Position numbers and translations under genes: made by a program. This document shows positions 53,491-64,000 of a stretch of 64,000 bases of DNA, piece by piece; the stretch's first letter is position 1, and each line of letters starts with the position of its first letter. A model generated the notes under the pieces. The model was not told the DNA's origin and ran no database searches. It saw only the letters and a program-made list of their open reading frames with translations. Source of the DNA: Octopus bimaculoides (Eukaryota); assembly GCF_001194135.2 (NCBI RefSeq), contig NC_068982.1:168331723-168395722 (forward strand), read 5' to 3'.

Positions 53491-54689
53491 AGCAGAGCAG
53501 CAATAATAGTATTCAGTTAATCTACATATATTAACGTATATATTACTAAACCCACTCAACACCCATGTAGATTTTTTACTTGAAGATGTATTCCTAAAAT
53601 ATGTTCAAAAAATAATTACACACACCCATAGACACATACACACACACACACCCTCACACACATACTTTTGTGTGAATATGTGTATATTATTGTTTGTCAA
53701 TATGAGTATTTAAGTGTAGGTAATTTGTGTCGGTAATTCTTTCTTTTTCAATGCAGGAAATTCACACACTTCCACCCTTAAGCCACTTGTAAACTAAACA
53801 TAATGGCATTATAACCAAATACATTTTTCATACACAAATGTATGTGGTTATAATGTTGTTATATAATAATAGAATGTAAATATTGTAGCATTGGTTTCTT
53901 TTAATCTCTCAACAAGGGAAGCAAACGGTAACTTCTCACCCTAAATCGTTTTAAATGAGAATCGTCTGATATGATTCTCATTTAAAACGTCTGGCCTGTG
54001 TTGTGAAGATGTTATTAATAATTTTGTTTCCTATAAAATACTATCGACCCAAAATATTGATAAACTTAACTGAATTTACGTTTAAAATAGTAAATGATAA
54101 TAAAAATGTAGTAATATATATATATGTGGGGGGTGTATATATGTGCATGTGCATGCGTGCGTGTGTGTGTGTGTGTGTGTGTCTGTGTGTGTGTGTGTGT
54201 GTGCGCGCGTGCGGCTTGCTGTCTGTCTTTGTGTGCGTGTTGCATGATAAAAGGCGAAATCAGAAATTTAAGAGATCATTACTTTCTGCACAAGCATCAA
54301 TATTTATCAGGAATGAAATATTTAGAGAATTATGGCTAAAATATGTAAGATATCGCATGGCTAAAACGGTTTATTTGAAGTTCTACACATTTAGTGTCGT
54401 CATTCTCAGAAAAAATACAGAAAGAAAACAAACAAAAAATATGCTGCGGTTGCAATGACAATCCAAAGACCATTTGCATTTTATTCCCAAAAATGCATAC
54501 AAGGTAACTAACACAAATATATATTGAAAATCAATATAGTGGTTTATACGTAACAAGGATATATTTGACGTACAGAAATCCTTGACGCGTCGCATCTCAG
54601 ACGATCGTGTTGTTGGTTACATTACCTTTACCTTTCCTCACATTAGATATTATGATTTGTTCTTGTTATTTTAAATGTGCTAATTTATT

Positions 54690-54785
54690 GCTATAATGTC
54701 GTTGATCAGATAAGCACCTGGTTTTAAGAAAAAATAAGTCCTGGGGTCGATTCATTCGACTAAAAGGCAGCGCTTCAGCATGAAA
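54690..54785 (+). mobile_element. SINE 3' fragment (family B)
   Basis: AATAAGTCCTGGGGTCGATTCATTCGACTAAAAGGCAGCGCTTCAGCATG. Confidence 0.7.
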
Positions 54786-54800
54786 GACATAAACACGCAA

Positions 54801-54848
<48 letters not shown>

Positions 54849-55561
54849 ACACAGAAATACATGACAAAATCTCTCACCCATAAATAATTGATACACAAGA
54901 TTACATGAAATGCAACATTCGCGCACATAATCTTGTCACTGAATTTGAATTTCAAATATTCGAATACACACGTACAGGCGCAATCACGTGAGTATAAAAA
55001 TACATTAACAAAACCACCCCTAAATACTAATTAACCTTGTATCCCTAATATCATTGCACATAAGACATACTACAACTTTAATTGGGAAAAATTAATTATG
55101 TAAGCCGATACGCATACACACATCCTTTACAGGCTAAAAGAAAATTACATTAATGATATTACTAGTGAAACTAAGGGAAGAAAAACGTATAAGATAAGCA
55201 AATTAGCCCCATTAAGTCAGTAAACATATAAAACAAAGTGACCTAGAAAAATCGAAACAGGCTCCAGAAAAAATAATAAACAACGTAATGAATAATTTAC
55301 ATTATTTATAAAACCAGCCTCGAAAACAGCAAATCAAGTTGCCTAACAATAGTAGCCTGCCAATAGACGTTAAAATCAACTCTCTAATGTCAATAACTAA
55401 AGTTAAACCGGTCTCACTTGGACATTGCAGCAGAGTGAAACTTTAGTTCCGAAATAAATACTTGGGTGAAATAAACTATACATGCATAAATAAATACATA
55501 CACATACCTACATAAATATACATACATATGTGTATATTTGTGTGTGTATGTGTGTGCGTGC

Positions 55562-55635
<74 letters not shown>

Positions 55636-55821
55636 TGCATTATAACTTACCACGTGGGGCTAATCGAAATTCCTCGTTCAGTATTTACGTGTTGGAAAAA
55701 TATATTTCTTTCTACTTATTCCACAATACATTTCAACGCATCAAAAACAAACTTATATATACCGAATCTATATATATACGTGTGTGTGTACGTGTGTGTA
55801 CGTGTGTGTGTGTGTGTGTGT

Positions 55822-55860
<39 letters not shown>

Positions 55861-56513
55861 CATATGTATAAGGTATATATAATACAAATCTACTATGTCA
55901 GTATTTATGACCCTATTTATGTTTGTAGAAGTATATCTGCCAGACTCAGTGGTCCACTCCACAGAATTGCGACTCCTCATCAATTGGTGCCGTATCACTA
56001 GCCAGTAATGGGCACTGTCTTTATTAATACTTAATTCTGTGTGCGAGCGCAAGTGCGACAGACCACGCGTGCTTGTGTGCTTATGTGTGCATGCGCGTTT
56101 GTACGAGCGACTGTACGTGAGCCAGACCAAGTATGTGTAGGTGTTTGTACATTCATATCCACTAAAGGTTATATCTAATATTTTTTTCACTGTATTATGT
56201 ATTTGTTTTTGTATGTGAATTTCGTTAAGTATCTCCTATAAGAATGAAGTTGTATCCCTTAATTTGCCATTTCTATATACGAAGACCAAGAAGGAATCTT
56301 GCGAAACATATTTTATTTTAACAAGATACCTCTTGAAATCAACCGAGGAGACACATCTACACCGAATGATATACATAAACCAGTTTTACAGTATCCAACC
56401 TGCAAAAGATCAATGTTAGATGGCTCGAAATAATTGTTGCGATTTAATAAAGATTCTGATATCTTCCATCTTCTGTCATTCGCTCATTAAGCACACGTAC
56501 ACACACATTCGCG

Positions 56514-56557
<44 letters not shown>

Positions 56558-56960
56558 CATACACACACACATATACGTCACATATGTATATCTATATATA
56601 CTGATGAATACGCGCTCACGCACACATACACACAAGACTTTGCATATTAGACATTATGCAAAAACTAATAATTATAGGTGAAAATAAATTCTATAGATTA
56701 AACGTAAACCATGGGCATGAGTCTGTATTCAGGTTTATATTCCGTATTATTTTACATGAATTTCACATCTTCTTGAATATGTGGGATTCAAGGGAAATCA
56801 ATATTTAATAACGTATTTTTGTATTACAGACCAAGAATTATATAGTTCACGTGTGTAAGATGTGAATCGTCTTGAATGTAATCAATTGGCATGTTACTGA
56901 CCTTTGGGTATAATTAATTGCTATGTTACTGACCTAAATTCTCAAAGAAGAATAAAGAAA

Positions 56961-56964
<4 letters not shown>

Positions 56965-57045
<81 letters not shown>
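56965..57045. repeat. (TA)n
   Basis: Read directly from the sequence. Confidence 0.97.
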
Positions 57046-57049
<4 letters not shown>

Positions 57050-57690
57050 TATCACTCGCGTTACTATCCCTGATAATTCAAATATTAAACGATGAACTTT
57101 GAGTAATGATGTGATATACAGTCCCGAAATATCTAATTAGTTCTATTGCGAGTTTACTTTCTACTCTATGAAACTCACTACCCTTTCAATATTAATCTGT
57201 ACTTCTCAAGAATACAATACACAGGTGACTAAATTTGTGGTTTATATCTCGTTATTGTTGCAGCATTGGATTCCTACTAACAAGTCTCATACACAAAATC
57301 CTCGAGCAACATAATCATAATTTGGTATATCGAGTACAATTTGTTACTGTATGAAGCTGGGGCATTGTAAACTTAGAGATAGTTTCTTCGGGGAACAATA
57401 TTTAGTTCAAAAGAAAATGGACGTTCAGCTAGGTCTCTGATCATTGTCGCTTGACTCATTAATGCCTGATCTCAGACAATTATTGAAATCGGATGCTGAT
57501 TACACAGTAGTCTTTAATACTATTTTAAGTTCTGTATAAACTGGCAGGTACAACCGAGCATAGATTTCTCTACAAGATATTACATGGCGTCAGATACGAC
57601 GACGATATAACTGAAGAACAAAGGATAGGTAATGTACGGTATCTGACCCCGTAAAAATGTGCTTAAAATTGTCAACAATATCTAATAACT

Positions 57691-57945
57691 GGCACTCTGT
57701 CGGTTACAACGAGGGTTTCAGTCGATCCGACCAACAGAACAGCCACCTCGATAAATTAACGTAGAAAGGATTGAACACTCTCCACGCGTACCCTTAACAT
57801 AGTTCTCAGGGAGATTCATCACGGCACCGACTTTGACTAGGCTGACCCTTTGAAATATAGGTTCTACTCATTTTTACAAGTTGAGTTGACTGGAGCAACG
57901 TGAAATAAAGTGTCCTGTTTAAGGATACACACGCGTTGCGCGCTA
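57691..57945 (-). mobile_element. SINE with a family-D tail and a family-C-like core, diverged
   Basis: Tail GGCACTCTGTCGGTTAC... matches 36675 and 40390; CTGGAGCAACGTGAAATAAAGTG matches 6923-6946. Confidence 0.75.
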
Positions 57946-58931
57946 TAGATCTCACAAATTAGATCATGAACTAAACATCCTCTCTTAACCACGCACCTTC
58001 ACAAAAGTGAACTGTACGTCTATAAACACATGAATAACACAACCTTTATGCAAGGTATGTATATCCCTCTTTCTGGCCTCTTCTATTAAAATATCTTGGT
58101 AGTATTGTCATCTTTTGATGAAGTACATATTTTTTTAGAATAAATGGATAACAGTGTTCATGCCATGAATAAGCGTAAGCGAAATATAATTGTATTATCC
58201 TAGAATTTTAATGCAATTGTTGTCACCAATTAAATTTTAATGGGAGCTCACTTTTTGATTCAATGAAGCTTACTATAGACGACATTTATAGGAATGGAAT
58301 GTTGAGCTCTTCGCAGTTTCATTCGAACCTTAACAGTAATGTATGTATCCCCACTCCCCTGTTTTCTCAACAAAAGACTCTTGTTCTATAGGCATGAAAT
58401 ATGAATTTGAGTATTGGAATACTTATGAGCAAGTGAGGAACCCGCTTCATATCATTAGATTTTTTTTTTTGTCATGGTAACCTAAGATAGTTTTATTCTT
58501 ATTTTCTTTGTTTCCAGAGTCTCACATATAATATCTTACAGTTCATCAGCAGTTACCTTAACTTCAAACGTTTATATTCTAAAATCTCTTATATAAGCAA
58601 CGAAGTTGGGATAAAGATTGAAAGAACGAAAAAAATCAATTTTGTCTTATAATGGATTTAAAGCAATAATTTTCCGAACATAAATATTAATTTTACTAAA
58701 ATAGAGCAATCATTTTAGTAGCTTAAATCAGTCATTTTAGTAGTAGAAGTTTTTTTTAACCTAAAGTAGTCAGTTTAATAATATAGTGATGTTAGTAAGT
58801 AAAGCAATAACTTTAGTAAATTAAAGCAGTTATTATAGTAAGACATCTACTTTATGTGACGTAAAACAAACCAAATTATCTGACAAGTTCCATTTTAAAT
58901 GACTTTGTTTAATAAAAAGCAAATCTCTTAC

Positions 58932-59008
58932 CCATTCGAAAAAGATACTTCAGGTCTCTGCTTGACATCCCATTCAATAAAGTTATGCAACTTTGACGTT
59001 CTAGACCT
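58932..59008 (-). CDS. Candidate internal exon (77 nt; two open frames)
   Basis: TTTCCTTCGCTCAG| ... TGG|GTAAGA. Confidence 0.4.
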
Positions 59009-59274
59009 CTGAGCGAAGGAAATCAATCTATGCCATCTTCAAACATTGTGTATCTAGGGCGACGTTATCCAATACATTATTGATGACTGCTTGATGCCAT
59101 TTCAAAAGATATGCTTGCTATTTCTAGCCGCTCGAGTGTCTATAATGGTTATTTCTTTATATCGGATATGATTTCGTTGAGGTTTAGCTTATTTCAACTT
59201 TGGTCGAGCAGACATACATGTTCATAAACATTCAATTATTAATTATCCCTCCTTCTTATATATTTAGTACTTAC

Positions 59275-59297
59275 ATCGCATTCCTGGTGTTTCCTTT
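59275..59297 (-). CDS. Candidate small exon (23 nt)
   Basis: CCCTTAAAACCAG| ... GAT|GTAAGT; its phase bridges the flanking candidate exons. Confidence 0.25.
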
Positions 59298-59933
59298 CTG
59301 GTTTTAAGGGTGAAATGATATGCAGACATTTGCTTTATATTTCTAGCAAGCCAAGGACTTCTCGTTACTTCGAACATAATGTTAATCAAACACGTAGAAT
59401 TCCTAAGCGGAAAAACTATATTCAGGATTCATCAATGCCAGAATGCCACTACGACGATGCGTTATTCACCTCCCTACCCAAAGTTATCATAAACACAGGA
59501 ACAATGAAATGTAGGTGGCTGGATTAGAAACGGCGACCGACCGCTCTCTGCTTTCTTAATCAAGTCATAGGCCTGATAAAACAAGACGCAGCAAACTTTT
59601 CAGTATGTGTGGGTCAGTGGGCTGACATTTTTGTTTTACTGTTATCTTACATGTGGTTTTCATACTTCAATTCTTCTTTGATTGAAGTTTTCGATAGAAG
59701 AATATTCAAAGTCAAATGATGCATGAACTAAACTTCTAACTGAATGAGTTCAACTCAGTCTTATTGTTAGATCTACGAAAGCAACTGAGATTCACATGCA
59801 GATTTCAAATTACATAGGCATCGCTTGATAAAGCACTGTCAATGAGGTACGAACAAAAGACTGCGTTCTATTAATCACCTATCTTCTATAAACATATCGA
59901 ATGAGGTTTTCTAAACATGACACACAAAAACAG

Positions 59934-59966
<33 letters not shown>

Positions 59967-59970
59967 GACA

Positions 59971-60016
<46 letters not shown>

Positions 60017-60457
60017 TATGTATATATGAATAAGACACATATAAATTCATGCGAATACGCACATGCAGACACACGTGTGTGTGTATGGCATCTGCTTATT
60101 TAATCCTACATTAATCTTACAATTAAAACTACATATAAATACAAAGGGAATTCCTTTTATCGTTTAAGTTTAAACACAGTTTTATTTCCATAAAGCAATT
60201 ATTAACAAGATTAGTATAACCGAAAAGGACCACCACTTAATACAAAAATTTTAGAAAATAACTAATTTAATTTAAATTTTCTACTTGGTACTTTAAAACA
60301 GAGGTAGTGAAAGTTTTAATAATTATTTCATTGTATCATCTTTAGTTTAGATCTATTGTGCAGACTAAACGAGTAAGCTGAGCATTAGAGATGCGGTCGA
60401 TAATTCTCCAACTGCATAAGATGGAATAGATTTAGAGCCATTCAGATGCTTACTCAC

Positions 60458-60532
60458 CATGTTGGGGCCATCTTCAATGAAACTGATAGCTTTATTGACT
60501 GTTCTTCGCCACAGCAGACGCGAAAAAAATTC
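60458..60532 (-). CDS. Candidate internal exon (75 nt; EFFSRLLWRRTVNKAISFIEDGPNM), gene unidentified
   Basis: TATACTTTCAG| ... ATG|GTGAGT; non-repetitive, length a multiple of 3, open frame. Confidence 0.45.
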
Positions 60533-61254
60533 CTGAAAGTATAGAACATTCACCACATGTCGATGGGGAAAAGGAAATGATTGCCATTAACATTTTGAAC
60601 TGTATTCATTAGGAAATACCACATGTCGATTGATGTCACTATCAACAAAATCGACTAAAGACGTTTAAGTTTCTAAGAGCTGTTTCGCTTAAAATACACT
60701 CCTTAGTAAAACCAACTCGCCTGCATTCTGTTTGTTCAAGATTATGAGAATTGGTCATCGAGGTAGAATTAGTAGTAATTTAATTTGTTCAGTTTCGATG
60801 CTCAAGTACTCAAGAGTCTGTAAACGATATGAATTCACTCTTAGTGCAGAAGTTCGACGTTTAATGAAGGTGTTTACTTGTGTCATGATCAGGTTTGAAT
60901 GTTTGAAAAAGAAGTTGGACTTGTATACTAGTTTAAACAGATTGCATGTTCAAGCTTTCGTGTATATGATGCTATTCTGAGAATTTCGGGGTCTCCAACT
61001 AGTATTATTGTCATGTAATTTTATTGTTCTCTTTTTAATGCACATGTTTTTGTTTTTTTTAAATCGTCATATGTGTTAAATGTTCGTAAATGAATTGACT
61101 TTTAGTTTTACTCTTATTGGAAATTAAATAACACTACTGTACACATATATGTGTATGTATGTGTGTGCATGTCTGTATGTGTATGAGAGTGAGAGAGAGA
61201 GAGAAAGATAGAGAAGGAGAGATAAGGAAAGAAAAGGATGACAAATAACTGTCT

Positions 61255-61780
61255 ACCGGGCGAAATGCTTAGTGCCATGTCCTCGGTCACTATACTCTGA
61301 GTTCAAATTCCGCCGAGGTTGACTTTGCCTCTCATCCTTTCGGGGTCGAAGAAAATAACTATCATTTGAGCATTGGAGTCGATGTAATCGGTCATCCCCC
61401 TCCTCCAAAATTTCAGGCCTTGTATCTAGAGTAGAATAGATTATTATTATTATGACTATTAGGGAGCCGAGCAGGCAGAATCGTATAGCATGCCAGGTAA
61501 AATGCTTAATGATATTTCGACTCTCTTTACGTTCTGAGTCCAAATTCTGCCGAGGTCGACTTTGCCTTTCATCCTTTCGGAGTGTCGATAAATTAAGTAC
61601 CAGTTGCGTACTGGGGTCGATCTAATCGATTGACCCCATCTCATAAAATTTCGGACCTTTGCCTTCCATCCTTTCGGGGCCGATAAAATTAGTACCAGTT
61701 GAACATTGGGGGGTCGATGTAATTGACTTGCTCCCTCTCCCGAACTTGCTGGGCTTGTACCTAAAATTGAAACCAATATC
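61255..61780 (+). mobile_element. Three head-to-tail SINE copies (family A; the third is a 3' half)
   Basis: CTTTGCCT..CATCCTTTCGG..GGTCGAT occurs three times, at about 61320, 61560 and 61660. Confidence 0.85.
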
Positions 61781-62503
61781 AGAGTGCACTATTTCCTTAT
61801 TGATAGTTTCATTACAATTTATTTCATAACATTAGTATTTAAAATCATAGAAAATTGCACAATCAAGCGCAATCAATTATTTTTGCTTTTGTATTCGTTG
61901 TTTCATTAAGTTCATAAAGACTGGGCTAACTTCATAAATAGAAATCATAGGAGAACAAGAAAATCGACACGAATAGGAAACAATCAAATTTACAGCTGAA
62001 TCTAATAAAAACATCATAATTCCTTCTAATTTAGGAAATAAAATTTGGTATTGATTTTCAGGTTTTGTTGAATTTCAATTTCGGTTTTAAATCTGTTTGA
62101 TTGTTTTATTTAATTCGATTAGATCGTTCCATCTGTATGTGTCCTTGTTTACGAAAGAAGGCTTTAGCTTTATAGCACACAATTTAAAAAGGAAGCAGAA
62201 AGAATATACGTTGCTGTAGCCCCGAACTCACTAATGACACGTTAGTGAAAAATTTGTAGACGGTAACTGTTCCAAAACCAATCCAAATACACACGCGCGT
62301 GTATTATATTATTATATTTCGGGACGGTCATTTTATTGTTGTCAAATAAGCACACGCACTATATATTGGTTCTACACCCTTTTATTATTGTACTTATTTT
62401 ATTTTAAGTCAATTGCCTAGAAATTTATCGTCAAACATCTGTGATATCTTCATCCATATGTTTCCTCCTGTCCTCTTTAGTCCATCCTGCATATATTTCC
62501 TTG

Positions 62504-62573
<70 letters not shown>

Positions 62574-62962
62574 NNNNNNNNNNNNNNNNNNNNNNNNNNN
62601 NNNNNNNNNNNNNNNNNNNNNNNNNNNNNNNNNNNNNNNNNNNNNNNNNNNNNNNNNNNNNNNNNNNNNNNNNNNNNNNNNNNNNNNNNNNNNNNNNNNN
62701 NNNNNNNNNNNNNNNNNNNNNNNNNNNNNNNNNNNNNNNNNNNNNNNNNNNNNNNNNNNNNNNNNNNNNNNNNNNNNNNNNNNNNNNNNNNNNNNNNNNN
62801 NNNNNNNNNNNNNNNNNNNNNNNNNNNNNNNNNNNNNNNNNNNNNNNNNNNNNNNNNNNNNNNNNNNNNNNNNNNNNNNNNNNNNNNNNNNNNNNNNNNN
62901 NNNNNNNNNNNNNNNNNNNNNNNNNNNNNNNNNNNNNNNNNNNNNNNNNNNNNNNNNNNNNN

Positions 62963-63037
<75 letters not shown>

Positions 63038-63950
63038 TCATACATATACCTATAAGTGTGTATATTTAAGTATATACATACAGACGTATATGTACGTATG
63101 CATCAGTATACATGTACACATACATGTATATCTGTTTGTGTAGTTAATATCTTCAACACTACCTATCTTTCAGAAGAACTGCTTCTCTCCTTAGTACTCT
63201 TCAGAAATTGATTTTCATCTGAGACACAATCGATTTAATATCAGAAAGAATTCTTCAAAAGCGTAACGTTTTCCAAAGACATATTAAAAAGAAAATTGAT
63301 GCTGATAGTATTCATTCTTTGTTATTCTCTTACTCGTAGACATAGCCGTGATATAGTGTTTGTATTTCTTGTTGTTCTTTTTATAGTTGTAACAGTGTTC
63401 TTAGACTTTAGTTGTTGTTGTTGTTGTTGCCGTTATCATTGTTGACATCAAAATTTGCCCTTTATTGTTAACTTGTGTTCATCACGATTATAAATATCGT
63501 TTTGTTGCATGCTGTTTTACTTGTGTAGTATCATATGTTTGGCAATAGTTGCGTTGCCCATGATGTTGCGAGCATACGAAGAGATGTTCCTACGCTTCAT
63601 CTAGCGACACATCAATAGCCGGAGAAATTCGAAGATCGCTGCACTATTTGATATATTATTTCTCCACCGCATGACGATGAAGGGCAAACGTGACCGCTGT
63701 GGCATAATGAACTAAGTAGATATTAACATGTCACAAATACTGCAATGCATGTACAGGTGTGTGTGTGTGGGGGGGGGTAGTTTCTGTGTGCGTGTGTGCA
63801 TGTATAGGTACATATATTACATATACATATATTTTCACACATACACACATATATATATATATGAATATATAGACATGTATATATATATAACCTCCAGGAA
63901 AAATCTTCCATTTTGTGCCTGTCTATCTATCTATCTATCTATCTATCCTC

Positions 63951-64000
<50 letters not shown>

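Overview
Eukaryotic, AT-rich, microsatellite-saturated genomic DNA with many N gaps. The SINE families and repeat landscape look like an octopus (coleoid cephalopod) draft assembly; this is recognition from memory, not a database check. There is no intact long CDS: nearly all ORFs in the track are microsatellite or N-gap artefacts. Supported content: (i) four decayed R4/Dong-like restriction-endonuclease LINE pieces, three abutting (TAA)n tracts; (ii) three different Tc1/mariner transposase relics at 30-36 kb; (iii) an RTE-like 3' end with three decayed C2H2 fingers; (iv) about 20 tRNA-derived SINE copies or fragments from several families; (v) a foldback MITE and several isolated hairpins; (vi) five or six candidate minus-strand exons that can be joined in frame into an unidentified peptide. 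The most interesting signal is a set of minimal, Penelope-type hammerhead ribozyme motifs. One family sits inside a tRNA-headed (Pol III) SINE, with three copies and a compensatory stem II change. A second motif has a GUC cleavage site and a U3-A8 core variant and lies between 146-bp near-perfect inverted repeats.
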